A DNA stretch of 64,000 nucleotides from a virus. Every line of letters starts with the position of its first letter. Within the stretch, counting starts at the first letter, position 1. The notes beneath the pieces were generated by a model, which worked only from the letters and a program-made list of their open reading frames with translations, had not been told where the DNA came from and searched no databases. Of this stretch, positions 49,930 through 59,533 are shown one piece after another. Made by a program: the position numbers and the translations under genes. The DNA lies in the IMG/VR virus record IMGVR_UViG_3300032516_000009, positions 1 through 64,000 of that record, one strand, 5' to 3'.

Positions 49930-50634
49930 ATGAATAAAGATCGATCAAATATTATTGATCAAATAGATAAATGTCTCAAGAGAATGTCCGGATCTAAGGA
50001 TCGCCCTTATTTCAAACAATTTCTAGAAAGAATTATAATAAATAATATCGTTCCTGTTGAATTATTGGAAACGATCCCAAAATTAGTTACTTCGGCTGGT
50101 AAAACACGGTTTGATCAAATTTATGATGCTGCGCTATATTTAGTCTTCCCTAAATATAGAAGAGAAACACTAAACAAATTACTTGGGCCAGAGTTGAATA
50201 AAAATGATATTAAGATCTGGCGGATAATGCTGCCAGATAAATTCAAAATCAGTCATGTACTAATCAGGGCAGATTCTTGTCAACAAGCCTTTGCCCTTGG
50301 TTGTGACTATGCATGTCGGATGTCGTTAAGAATGTATGGAAGAATCCCGACTGATTTGACCATTCGAGTTCAATTTGTGAGTGAGAAAGCTGTTAGACGA
50401 ATGCTTGATCTCAGATGGGCAAATCGAGTGCATAAAAGGAAACAATTGCAATTAGTCGGTAGAGAGTATTCATCAAAGGAGATAGTTGGGGCTCGTTTAG
50501 CCGCTATCGGCCATCCGATACAGTCCAACTATTCAATAGCTAAATATGCTGAAAACAAGGATCTCAAACGATTGTTATGTAAGAAAGGAATACTGCGCAT
50601 ATCATCAGTTGAAACAGAAATATTTAAAAAGTGA
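49930..50634 (+). CDS. Basic hypothetical protein
   Basis: 234 aa ORF. Confidence 0.6.
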   Translation: MNKDRSNIIDQIDKCLKRMSGSKDRPYFKQFLERIIINNIVPVELLETIPKLVTSAGKTRFDQIYDAALYLVFPKYRRETLNKLLGPELNKNDIKIWRIMLPDKFKISHVLIRADSCQQAFALGCDYACRMSLRMYGRIPTDLTIRVQFVSEKAVRRMLDLRWANRVHKRKQLQLVGREYSSKEIVGARLAAIGHPIQSNYSIAKYAENKDLKRLLCKKGILRISSVETEIFKK

Positions 50635-50639
50635 TCTAT

Positions 50640-51083
50640 TTATAGATATATAACCATGGTTTTTTGGGCATTACACGTAGCAATAACAGGTTTTTCCGAT
50701 TTTGGTCCAATTTGATTTGAAGTATAACCAAATTGTTTTAATGTCTCAATCTCATCTATAGAGTTATGTCCTTTCTTTGAATATGAATTGAAAAATTCTA
50801 TCGGATTTAACTGTTCGCTATTATTTTTCTTCCAATTTGATTTGATCTGATCACATTTTGTACACGCATGTGGAAAACCAGACCTAGATGGTTTTATCAT
50901 TTGACATTTTCGTCTTGAAAATTCTTTTGAACAGAAATCACATCTAAGCACAATCAATTTGATGCTACATCGACTGATGTCTTCAATACGATAACCATAA
51001 ATTTCATGTGTACGGTTTGATAACAACATAGGGAGTACTCCATGCAACAGGGAAAAATTAATTTTATCATCGACCAGGCACAT
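50640..51083 (-). pseudogene. Truncated homing-endonuclease-like Zn/DNA-binding fragment
   Basis: CDFC...CTKC; repeated module truncated at VIATC. Confidence 0.4.
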
Positions 51084-52208
51084 GGGTCAAGTGGAAAAGG
51101 TAAACTATCACCATGGTTGGTTGATCATTTCAATTTTAAAAATGTCAGTTCAAGTAACTTCCCGAATGCTGGCCACTGTCTTAGATATACAGATGAATAT
51201 AAATTCATGGCCAAAGTTATACCAACATCGGCTGCATTAAAGAAATTTCAAAATCGTGACATTGTATGCTGGTTAAGCCCAGGGTCTGGCTTCGATCCTG
51301 AAAGACTAATATTAGAATGGAATGAATCTGGCAGACCACAAATATTTATTCACGAAAGAGCCAGCATAGTAACAAAAGAACATAAATTAAGAGAACAGTC
51401 TGGTATTGATTCAACAAAGCATATTGCATCAACTATGCAAGGATCAGCCACTGCGCTAACAGACAAAATACTCAGAAAAGCCAATTGCGTTCTAGCTAAA
51501 AATGTTGATTGGAATAAATATGTGAATCAAAATGATTTATCAGAATTCATGAAGACAGTGAAAATTATGACTGGACAAGAATTTAGAAACAGAACACATG
51601 ATGAATTAAATAAGATGAACGGATTCTGCCATGAAGTATCCCAAGGATACGCACTTTCAATTGATCATGGATCACATTATCCAATGTGCACGAGTAGAAA
51701 CTGCACACTTCAAGCTGGAATGGATCAAATGGCAATTCCACCAAAAATGGTGGGTGATGTTTATTTGAATATCAGATCAATACCGATTCGCGTTGGCAAC
51801 GTGATTGAAAACGGAGAACAAAAGGGATATTCAGGTGATTTTTATCCGGATAGTATTGAATTAACCTGGGAACAGGTGGCCAAAAATGCTAAGATGCCAG
51901 ATGAAGAAGTTGAAAAATTAAAGAAATCTGAGCTAACATCAGTTACAAAACGTCAGCGCAGATGTGCAACTTTTTCATGGATAAACCTTAAAGATGCCGT
52001 TCGGGTCAATGGGGCTACTAGACTCTGCGTCAATTTCATCCAGTATATTAACTGGAATGACCGTGGGTTAAAAGGCGGAAGAGAAGCTTTTGAGAAGTTA
52101 TCCAGAGAAAGTCGTGGTTTCATTTCTAAGATTGAAGAGGAAGTAAATGTTCCTGTGGTTCTGGTCGGAACCGGTGCTCTCCACGATGAGGTTATCTCTC
52201 TTTTATGA
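51042..52208 (+). CDS. purZ: PurZ-like N6-succino-2-amino-dAMP synthetase (adenylosuccinate synthetase family)
   Basis: GSSGKGK (Ser in place of PurA catalytic Asp), NAGH, EVSQG, YPMCTSR, TSVTKRQRRCATFS, NFIQY in place of TKLD. Confidence 0.8.
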   Translation: MQQGKINFIIDQAHGSSGKGKLSPWLVDHFNFKNVSSSNFPNAGHCLRYTDEYKFMAKVIPTSAALKKFQNRDIVCWLSPGSGFDPERLILEWNESGRPQIFIHERASIVTKEHKLREQSGIDSTKHIASTMQGSATALTDKILRKANCVLAKNVDWNKYVNQNDLSEFMKTVKIMTGQEFRNRTHDELNKMNGFCHEVSQGYALSIDHGSHYPMCTSRNCTLQAGMDQMAIPPKMVGDVYLNIRSIPIRVGNVIENGEQKGYSGDFYPDSIELTWEQVAKNAKMPDEEVEKLKKSELTSVTKRQRRCATFSWINLKDAVRVNGATRLCVNFIQYINWNDRGLKGGREAFEKLSRESRGFISKIEEEVNVPVVLVGTGALHDEVISLL

Positions 52209-52262
52209 GACTATTTGATTAAAGTAGAATTCTAATTTGTTCTTGTGTTGGAGGTACTTCAA

Positions 52263-52541
52263 ATGCTTCGTGTCACTTTCATTCTTTGTGCTCTCGCGCT
52301 CGTAGCCTGTACCGAGGAATCGACTTCGAATGTCGGCGGCTCCGGTGGAACCACTGTAGTTGGAGGATCCGGAGGATCCGGAGGTGCTACTGGCGGCAGT
52401 ACGGCCGGCGGGATGGGCGGAGTTGGCGGAGTTGGCGGAGTCGTTGTTGGAGGGGCCGGTGGATCTGGCGGCGCCGTAGTAGGAGGGAATGGTGGTGAGT
52501 CTCCTACTGGGGGATCTGGCGGAGCAGCTGGCAACGGATAA
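52263..52541 (+). CDS. Gly-rich lipoprotein
   Basis: GGAGG SD; lipobox LALVAC; GGS/GGA repeats; GC-rich. Confidence 0.75.
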   Translation: MLRVTFILCALALVACTEESTSNVGGSGGTTVVGGSGGSGGATGGSTAGGMGGVGGVGGVVVGGAGGSGGAVVGGNGGESPTGGSGGAAGNG

Positions 52542-52602
52542 TATAAATCCGTTGACACCCGACAGGACTTTGGGAATAGGCCATATAACCTATTTCCTCT
52601 CC

Positions 52603-53118
52603 TTACGCGACGGCTGTCACAAAGCCCGTCCACTGTTCAGGGATATCAGTACCCTGAACTCTTAGCGGGCCTACTGGAAGGGCATCCGGACGGCGAGGAA
52701 CGGTATGCAAGCGCATACCGGCTTCTTCCGGAGTCTTGTCTCCTTTACCCATATTACAGGCACGGCAAGCGCATACTACATTCTCCCACGTTGTCTCACC
52801 TCCGCGAGATTTCGGAAAAACGTGGTCAAAAGTTAAACGGGAAATTGGAAACTTCTCCAAGCAGTATTGGCAACGTCCGCCATCTCTGGTTACGACGTTA
52901 AGCTTGGAAAACTTGACCTTGGGCTTGATCACCTTAGTCTTACGATGGATACGGACCACCGCTGGAACCTTCATCGATATGGATGGAGAACGAACTTCCT
53001 CATCATAATCGATGATAGATTCAACCTTCTTCTGATACAGATCCACGATGGCATCACGCCAAGTGATGATCTGTATTGGCATATACCAACTTGTTAGCAC
53101 CAAGGTCCTGCGTTCCAT
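52603..53118 (-). CDS. HNH endonuclease (McrA/HNH_5-like)
   Basis: RDGGRCQYC, TFDHVFPKSRGG, WENVVCAC..CN..KG. Confidence 0.92.
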   Translation of the reverse strand: MERRTLVLTSWYMPIQIITWRDAIVDLYQKKVESIIDYDEEVRSPSISMKVPAVVRIHRKTKVIKPKVKFSKLNVVTRDGGRCQYCLEKFPISRLTFDHVFPKSRGGETTWENVVCACRACNMGKGDKTPEEAGMRLHTVPRRPDALPVGPLRVQGTDIPEQWTGFVTAVA

Positions 53119-53175
53119 AGCTTAAGCCTCCTCCGCTCGTTGCTTCAGTCTCCACATGATTCTTCCCTCTGTCTA

Positions 53176-53193
53176 AGTACACTACAGTGTACT
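53176..53193. promoter_or_regulatory. Perfect 8-bp inverted repeat between divergent genes
   Basis: AGTACACT-ac-AGTGTACT. Confidence 0.5.
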
Positions 53194-53218
53194 AGAGTTT
53201 TAGTGCAATTTACAAGAT

Positions 53219-53383
53219 ATGAAGCCGTCACAAACTGCAGGTAAACTACGTCAAATTGCTACTGCTATTGAGAACTCAAAGCGACCCGACCGTAATCTGG
53301 TTGCAGAAGATCTCAAGAAAATAATTGCAAGTTTAACAGAGCCGGATACTGCCGATAAGCCTGAGGCAGAAAATAAAGAATAA
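53219..53383 (+). CDS. MKPSQ-leader family protein 2 (54 aa; not in the ORF track)
   Basis: MKPSQTAGKLRQIATAIENSKRPDRNLVAEDLKKIIASLTEPDTADKPEAENKE*. Confidence 0.75.
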   Translation: MKPSQTAGKLRQIATAIENSKRPDRNLVAEDLKKIIASLTEPDTADKPEAENKE

Positions 53384-53387
53384 TACG

Positions 53388-53463
53388 TGGTGCGGGCGAT
53401 TGGACTCGGACCAACGACTTCCAGCTTGTCGAGCTGGCGTTCTACCAACTGAACTACGCCCGC
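53388..53463 (-). tRNA. tRNA-Val(GAC), with C33 and a TCCGA T-loop
   Basis: Cloverleaf; CCAGC-TCGACAA-GCTGG; CCA encoded. Confidence 0.85.
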
Positions 53464-53469
53464 GATAAA

Positions 53470-53495
53470 TAGTAGGCTGGGACTTGAACCCACAA
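53470..53495 (-). pseudogene. tRNA 3'-half remnant
   Basis: TGGG-TTCAAGT-CCCA T-arm plus acceptor strand ending ACTA. Confidence 0.5.
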
Positions 53496-53504
53496 GCTAA
53501 GTAG

Positions 53505-53588
53505 TGGGCGCGGAGGGAATCGAACCCTCACATCCTTGCGGATCTCCGGGTTTGAGCCGGAGGCGGCTGCCTGTTACGCCACGCGCCC
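53505..53588 (-). tRNA. tRNA-Leu(CAA)
   Basis: TCCGG-CTCAAAC-CCGGA; long variable arm. Confidence 0.9.
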
Positions 53589-53597
53589 ATAAGATAG

Positions 53598-53682
53598 TGG
53601 GATCGGAGGGACTCGAACCCTCACGCCGATGAACGGCACCAGACTCTGATTCTGGCTTGGCTACCAGTTACAACACGATCCC
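53598..53682 (-). tRNA. tRNA-Leu(CAG), with A32
   Basis: CCAGA-ATCAGAG-TCTGG; long variable arm. Confidence 0.85.
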
Positions 53683-53687
53683 TTGAG

Positions 53688-53771
53688 TGTCTAGGGCGGG
53701 AGTCGAACCCGCAAGCCCTTTCGGGCGCTCGCACCTGAAACGAGAGCGGTTACCTGTTTCGCCACCTAGAC
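53688..53771 (-). tRNA. tRNA-Leu(CAG), second copy
   Basis: CTCGT-TTCAGGT-GCGAG; long variable arm. Confidence 0.88.
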
Positions 53772-53826
53772 AAAAGACTTTTCGAATTGGTACGGTATGG
53801 AAGACGCATAATGAAGGAGGAACTTC

Positions 53827-54612
53827 ATGTCTTCCAAATATACTATTGAGTCGCTAGAACCAATAGTGAAGAATTCCATTAGCATGTACGGAGTCTTGCG
53901 ATCTCTTGGTCTTAGATACGCAGGAGGAAATTGGAAACACATTGCCGATCGTATTAAGTATCTTGGAATAGACACGTCGCATTTCCGCGGGTTGGGATCC
54001 AATCATGGTATTAATCATGTTGGAGGGGTAAAACGAATTGAGTGGCGTGATGTATTGGTCTATAATAGGAAAAACGGTAGACGTGAAACTCAAAGAGTAT
54101 TGCGTCGTGCTTTAATTGAGTCTGGTATCAGTGAGAGATGTGAAATATGTAATCTTGACCCGATATGGCATGATAAACCACTAAGCCTACAGATTGATCA
54201 TAAAAATGGGGATTTTTTAGACAATAGACCGGGCAACCCCCGGTTTTTATGTCCGAATTGCCATACTCAAACAGAAAATTACGGATCTAAAAAATTCAAA
54301 CTACACAAAATGTGTGCATCATGTGTACCAAGAACTAAAACCGTACGAACTTGTCTTAAATGTGGTAAACAAATTAACATTAAGTCAAAATACTGTGTTG
54401 AATGTGCACGAATCGAAATCCCGTCCGCTACCAAAATAACTTGGCCAAATGATGGAGAATTACAGTTATTAGTATGGCAGCGTCCGATGACAACTCTTGC
54501 AAAGGAATTTGGGGTTTCAGATAAAGCAATTCTAAACCGATGCAAAAAACATGGAATTAAAAACCCTCCAACTGGTTATTGGTCGAAAATCAAACACGGA
54601 ATCATGCCTTAG
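53827..54612 (+). CDS. HNH homing endonuclease inserted in the tRNA array
   Basis: CEIC, LQIDHKNGD..DN...NPRFLCPNCH; C-terminal HTH; antisense to the tRNAs. Confidence 0.9.
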   Translation: MSSKYTIESLEPIVKNSISMYGVLRSLGLRYAGGNWKHIADRIKYLGIDTSHFRGLGSNHGINHVGGVKRIEWRDVLVYNRKNGRRETQRVLRRALIESGISERCEICNLDPIWHDKPLSLQIDHKNGDFLDNRPGNPRFLCPNCHTQTENYGSKKFKLHKMCASCVPRTKTVRTCLKCGKQINIKSKYCVECARIEIPSATKITWPNDGELQLLVWQRPMTTLAKEFGVSDKAILNRCKKHGIKNPPTGYWSKIKHGIMP

Positions 54613-54695
54613 TGCGGATGATAGGAATCGAACCTACACGGGATCTCTCCCACTTCCACCTCAAAGAAGCGCGTATTCCATTTCGCCACATCCGC
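54613..54695 (-). tRNA. tRNA-Leu(GAG)
   Basis: CTTCT-TTGAGGT-GGAAG; long variable arm. Confidence 0.9.
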
Positions 54696-54722
54696 ATAAG
54701 CTTTTGTTCAGGTTAATTTAAT

Positions 54723-55052
54723 ATGCAAAATCAATTGCATAAAATTGCAATATTACTAACTACTCCTAAAGAGTATATTGTTATTCATCGGAGTATGGAT
54801 GATGTATATACTATCGTAATCAGTACGGATCAGGTTAGACCAGCGTCTGGAGATTATGCTATCATAAATTTACCCAATGGTGATTCTGTCACCATTGCTA
54901 AAGATTTAGATACTATCAAGGCAAATGAAGATATGACAAACACGGATCTATTGGAAGCATTGCACGAATTTGGAATTATTACGATGGATGATAACGGTAA
55001 TTATGTTGATAAGGACGGCAATCCTGTCGGTCAGGGTAAATCGTCCCCATAA
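54723..55052 (+). CDS. Hypothetical protein (HKIA N-terminus, late-type upstream motif)
   Basis: 109 aa; CTTTTGTT-N14-ATG. Confidence 0.6.
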   Translation: MQNQLHKIAILLTTPKEYIVIHRSMDDVYTIVISTDQVRPASGDYAIINLPNGDSVTIAKDLDTIKANEDMTNTDLLEALHEFGIITMDDNGNYVDKDGNPVGQGKSSP

Positions 55053-55156
55053 TATTTGAGATCCATCTGAATTCCTGATCTCATATCCACCCAAATCTTA
55101 GAATTTGAATGGAAAAATTGAGAAATTCCAAAAATACTTCAGTAACAAAGTGTAAG

Positions 55157-55225
55157 TCGCGGTGAGGGGATCTCGAACCCCTGCGGTCAGACGTATGAAA
55201 TCCGCCGACAACCCTGATCACCGCG
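55157..55225 (-). tRNA. Atypical tRNA-like gene with CAT anticodon and a shortened D-arm
   Basis: Acceptor CGCGGTG/CACCGCG; CGGAT-TTCATAC-GTCTG; T-arm AGGGG-TTCGAGAT-CCCCT; 69 nt. Confidence 0.55.
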
Positions 55226-55260
55226 GATAGTTAATTCTCCATAGCTACACAGCCATGTAG

Positions 55261-55334
55261 TGTCCCCGACGCGAGTCGAACTCACAACCTTCGGCTCCGG
55301 AGGTCGACGCTCTTTCCAATTGAGCTACGAGGAC
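55261..55334 (-). tRNA. tRNA-Arg(CCG)
   Basis: TCGAC-CTCCGGA-GCCGA. Confidence 0.88.
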
Positions 55335-55582
55335 CCGAACAGATTATCCCACAGGCTATGCCACGATTCTGCGTCATGCGTGCCATCGCAGAGAAGAGCC
55401 CCAACGAACTTTCCTGCATCACCACTACACGGCTTGGAGTACTGCAACAGCGCGTCTCGGCGCTTGTCGAAATCTGCTTCATCATACAGGCTCTTCAACC
55501 GCTCCCTAGGAATGCGCCGATAGTTGGTTTCTTCAGATGCGATAACTTGCAGAACGAGGTGACCTGGTACTGGAATCGGCAT
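55325..55582 (-). CDS. Small GC-rich protein downstream of the fibre gene
   Basis: 85 aa; GGAG SD; same composition as the fibre's distal part. Confidence 0.55.
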   Translation of the reverse strand: MPIPVPGHLVLQVIASEETNYRRIPRERLKSLYDEADFDKRRDALLQYSKPCSGDAGKFVGALLCDGTHDAESWHSLWDNLFGSS

Positions 55583-55591
55583 GACGCGCTC

Positions 55592-58500
55592 CTAGACGTA
55601 GTCGAGCTTCAGTGTGCCGAGGAAGGTTCCGACGTATGAGGACCAAGACTTGGTCAGACCAGCCGTTCCACCGCTGTTGATGGCGGTCCACACGAGCGGA
55701 GTGGACTTGTACGCCAACCCAGCTAGAACCAAGCCGGGTCCACACGAACTTGGTGTAACAGTCAGGAACCGTGCATCTACCAAATAGACCTTTCCGGTCC
55801 CACCCGCATCACTGACGTGAACGTAACCACCTCCACCTACGATGTTTGCTGCATTGGCACAGCCCGGGAGAGCCACAGTGGCCAGGAGAGAGCCGGGGGC
55901 AGGAAAGGTCGAGATGTCGAACTTCAGAGCGTTACCACCTACTCCTGTACAGGCCCACAGGTGCCAACCACCCGAGCCATCACTGGCATAGACGAGACCA
56001 CTGATGGTCTCTGAAGCGTGCGTGTAGGTCGAGACGATGGCAAGCGTGCCCAGATTGATCTTGAAGATCTTTTTGCTTGTGCCTCCTGCAACCCAAAGGA
56101 AGCCCCCACCGATGCAACAGTCCACCATCTCAGTACCAGGACCGGGGTTCGTAGTCGTTGCCTCGGCGTTCATCTGGCTCTTGTAGTCTCCCCAGCAGCG
56201 CAAGAGGTCAGACTTGGCAAATCGGCGCACGCTGGAATTGAACGCTTCCGTGGTGCCCGAGCTGACGGCGTAGATCTTGTCACCACTAATGGCAACGCCC
56301 AATACGTTTCCATTCGTGACATACCTTCCGCAGCTCCCATACCCAGCAAGTGTGTAGTATTGACCGTCGAAGCTGCTCTTTCTCACCAAGGTGATCATGC
56401 TGTCGGAGTCATTGGCAATTACGATATGGGTCTCATCATGGGTAACACGACCACCCTTGGTCACCAGCCCGAAAAGCGCCGGGTAGCTCATGTCCACTTT
56501 GTGGACCGAAGTCTCGCCAGAGTAGAGATATAGGATCGATGACGAACTGTCCGTTATGATTAACTTGCCGTGACTAGAATCGTAGTCGACCCCCTTGGGC
56601 GCTGTGGGAATGTCATGAACCACGGTCAAGACTTTACCAACGGCGGCATTGGTCATGTCCGCAACAGGCATCCCCTTGATGCTGCGAAGGACTGGTACTG
56701 GAGCATAGTTGCGTTGGTCTACAGACATATCCCCCTTCGGTGAGCCGAAGTTCATCCAGTCCAGGTTGCCGGGTCTATAGTCCTCAAAGTTATTGACGAC
56801 ATAGGAGCCGGCTCCTGGGTAGGTCGAACACCACGTGGCCTCGCCCGTTTCATCTTGGGCAATCCAGTAGATGTAGTCCCAACTAGGGTCAAAGAGGACT
56901 CCGCGCAGTACTGCGTTCTGCGACCAGAAGTCTCCAAGAGCCATAGTGCCGAATGGAACCGTGATGTTCTGGATCCCCACGTAGTCCATTGTGACCATGA
57001 TCGTGGGCGTGTCGGCCTCGTAGCACAAGTCGTAGGTCGGACCCTGGATCGTGATGCTGTCGATGATAGAAAACGTGGTGGGATCGAACCTACACAGGTT
57101 GGTGCCTCTCTCAGAAACGAAGAAGATGATTCCCTTCTCACAGATAGCCCGCACGCGATTCGACGTTGCGCTTGGGATGGGCAGCGACGTGGAAGAACTC
57201 CACGAGGCCAGGTCGAACTTAAATACATTGGCCGTGCCAAAGAAGAACGCAGCCGAACCGACTACAATGATTCCACGTCCTTCCTCACCCAATACCAAGT
57301 CATGCCGCTTGACCTGATTCGTCTCGGCGTCGATCTCGATGACGATCCCGCTGTCATGCTCAAGAGTCGTCAAGACTCGATTTCCAACAGGGTCCCACGC
57401 TAGACCTTGTCCCCCGTACCTAAAATCAGGGCTCGGGATCGGGATGCCATACTCCAATACGTCCCAGGTGTTCCGGTCGATCTTGACCAAGTTAGGTAAG
57501 TTGGTGAGCACCCACACGTAGTTGGGAGTCATCAGCAACGTGTGAGGACGACTGTCTGCTCCCAGGCCCGTCCGGAGTGGGATGCTGTAGTGCGAGGAAT
57601 CCGTGTCGAGGTCATGTACGAGAATGTCACTCACTCCCTCACGACACATCCACGCATAGGGGCCCTCCCATTTTTGCGCCGAGGGGTTGTAGGTCCGGTC
57701 TAGAAGCATGTGACCACAGACGACCCTACTCTGCCCACGTTCTGCGCCCACAATGGGAACGTAGCCAACTCCCGGCTTGTACTGACCCTGTAGACCTTCC
57801 AGAAGGTCTAAGCGGCCACTCGACGCAACACGCTTCGGCACCGAGCCATAGGCCTGTTCCGTCACATAGCCGACTAACCCCGAGCCCCCATCAGGGTAGT
57901 TAACGTAGTAGATTCCAGTTCTACTGCCCTGAATGCCTGGTAGGAAGCCTCCAATGTACGCAATATTCCCGATGGCCGCTGCGCCCTCGCTGTGGAATTC
58001 ACCAGGCGTGAACGTAGCCTCTACCGTGTTCGTATTCGGGTCGATGACCCACACAAAGGCGGAGTCTTCATCCGTCACATATAGCCGCGTGTTTAGAGTG
58101 CCCGCGCTATCAGGCCCAAGCGCAATCTCACTGGTCGCGCTGGCATTCGGAAGTGTGACAGCCGCGAGCGAAGATAAATCCACCGTGCTTAGTCGCTGGA
58201 CCTGAGTCCCATCCGAAATCCATAAATCACCGAACGCAAGACAAGAGGACAGAGCCGCTGTGGTGCCGTCTGCAACCACTAGCGTCATCGTGCCCGGATC
58301 GACTTTTTGCGTACCCGTGCCGTCGAACATACCCCCCTGCGTGAACCAGATATATCCTCCGCCGTAGCGAATGAAACGTCCTCGCGCATTGTAGCTTGCA
58401 ACCCGCGTGATCGTGCTTGGGGGCTGGCCAAGGCAGGCTACCGTACTGAACTTGGCAATTCCCTTTGGTGTCCCATTGCCGTAGCAGTAAAAATTACCCG

Positions 58501-59506
58501 CCCCATCCGCACAGACGCTCGTGGCCTGCTGACCAGCTCCTAGCCACCCCCAGCCCGCAATCGTCATCGTGGCCTTGTCAATGATGGCCACATTTTCGGA
58601 AGTCCAACATGCAGCGTAAATATACGTACTGTCAACAGCTAAATCACGAACGCGGTCGATTGTAGGGAGCACAGTCCTCAGGTCAACTCGTTTAACCACG
58701 GACAGCGCAGGGCCCCCATTCATCGGCAACATCTTTACGACCAGGCCAGAACCGGCAAGGCTGTTGGAGGTGTCGCTGACGGTTGTTGACTCGGCCGCGT
58801 AGAGATAGGTTCCATCCGACACGAGCGAGCGAGGCGAATACAGACCTGATCCTTTGTCTTGTGGAGCAACAATCAAACCTCTACCCGCAAGTGCTGAGTC
58901 AGGTGATGGAATACGGTTAATTGACGCAACGGTTTGCTCTATACTTGTGCCTGTTAAATCTCCATCGGCTGTAAATCCGCCACCCGTAGGATCTTGTGCG
59001 GTCCATCCAGTTGATATTACTTCTCCTCCTCCCACTGCCCATGTCAGTACTTGCCCTATTCCTGGTGTACAACTTAATGCAGCATTGCCTTGAATACCAA
59101 CTACAGTTTGATTCGTACTGGTGCCACTCAAATCACCACCAGCTGTGAATCCACCAGTAGCGGTTACAGCTGTTATTCCTGCTGGTCCTTTAGGCCCAAT
59201 AAATCCTGGTGGACCTTGGAATTGTCGAGCGAGAGAATCTATTGTGCCTTTCTGGACGTATCGAACTCCAAATTCATATGCAGTTTGTCCAGTAAATGGA
59301 CTTTTAACTTCTAAGAACGATAACTGCGATAAATCATGGGATCCAGAAGTGATGCCCAAACCTGTTAAAACTTGAGAATATATAGTAGAACTCATAAGTG
59401 TCGCATAAGGATTGGATAAAATTTCATCAGTGCTCAGGAGTATGACTCCTTGCACTACATTGAATAGACCTGAAGCAATTTTCTGTACACCTACAGTTGT
59501 AGCCAT
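55592..59506 (-). CDS. Tail fibre/receptor-binding-like protein with beta-propeller domains
   Basis: Collagen-like GPPGFIGPKGPAG; GFTA.GDL.GT repeats; YVTN/YncE-like blades (LYVTD..VWVIDPNTNTVEAT). Confidence 0.7.
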   Translation of the reverse strand: MATTVGVQKIASGLFNVVQGVILLSTDEILSNPYATLMSSTIYSQVLTGLGITSGSHDLSQLSFLEVKSPFTGQTAYEFGVRYVQKGTIDSLARQFQGPPGFIGPKGPAGITAVTATGGFTAGGDLSGTSTNQTVVGIQGNAALSCTPGIGQVLTWAVGGGEVISTGWTAQDPTGGGFTADGDLTGTSIEQTVASINRIPSPDSALAGRGLIVAPQDKGSGLYSPRSLVSDGTYLYAAESTTVSDTSNSLAGSGLVVKMLPMNGGPALSVVKRVDLRTVLPTIDRVRDLAVDSTYIYAACWTSENVAIIDKATMTIAGWGWLGAGQQATSVCADGAGNFYCYGNGTPKGIAKFSTVACLGQPPSTITRVASYNARGRFIRYGGGYIWFTQGGMFDGTGTQKVDPGTMTLVVADGTTAALSSCLAFGDLWISDGTQVQRLSTVDLSSLAAVTLPNASATSEIALGPDSAGTLNTRLYVTDEDSAFVWVIDPNTNTVEATFTPGEFHSEGAAAIGNIAYIGGFLPGIQGSRTGIYYVNYPDGGSGLVGYVTEQAYGSVPKRVASSGRLDLLEGLQGQYKPGVGYVPIVGAERGQSRVVCGHMLLDRTYNPSAQKWEGPYAWMCREGVSDILVHDLDTDSSHYSIPLRTGLGADSRPHTLLMTPNYVWVLTNLPNLVKIDRNTWDVLEYGIPIPSPDFRYGGQGLAWDPVGNRVLTTLEHDSGIVIEIDAETNQVKRHDLVLGEEGRGIIVVGSAAFFFGTANVFKFDLASWSSSTSLPIPSATSNRVRAICEKGIIFFVSERGTNLCRFDPTTFSIIDSITIQGPTYDLCYEADTPTIMVTMDYVGIQNITVPFGTMALGDFWSQNAVLRGVLFDPSWDYIYWIAQDETGEATWCSTYPGAGSYVVNNFEDYRPGNLDWMNFGSPKGDMSVDQRNYAPVPVLRSIKGMPVADMTNAAVGKVLTVVHDIPTAPKGVDYDSSHGKLIITDSSSSILYLYSGETSVHKVDMSYPALFGLVTKGGRVTHDETHIVIANDSDSMITLVRKSSFDGQYYTLAGYGSCGRYVTNGNVLGVAISGDKIYAVSSGTTEAFNSSVRRFAKSDLLRCWGDYKSQMNAEATTTNPGPGTEMVDCCIGGGFLWVAGGTSKKIFKINLGTLAIVSTYTHASETISGLVYASDGSGGWHLWACTGVGGNALKFDISTFPAPGSLLATVALPGCANAANIVGGGGYVHVSDAGGTGKVYLVDARFLTVTPSSCGPGLVLAGLAYKSTPLVWTAINSGGTAGLTKSWSSYVGTFLGTLKLDYV

Positions 59507-59533
59507 AGCATAAATACATCATAGGAAGCGTAT

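Noticed and set aside
51042-52208. Ordinary purA auxiliary metabolic gene
   Set aside because: Lacks the catalytic Asp (GDEGKG) and the TKLD GTP-specificity motif
52259-52633. Pro-rich minus-strand ORF
   Set aside because: Antisense of the Gly-rich lipoprotein, which has the SD and lipobox
53598-53682. Possible opal suppressor or Sec tRNA (TCA within the loop ATCAGAG), implying a recoded genome
   Set aside because: The 5-bp stem puts CAG at positions 34-36 and the body is Leu-type. Long conserved ORFs end normally at TAA, TAG and TGA.
55533-59375. Many overlapping ORFs on both strands
   Set aside because: Shadow ORFs of the GC-rich fibre gene
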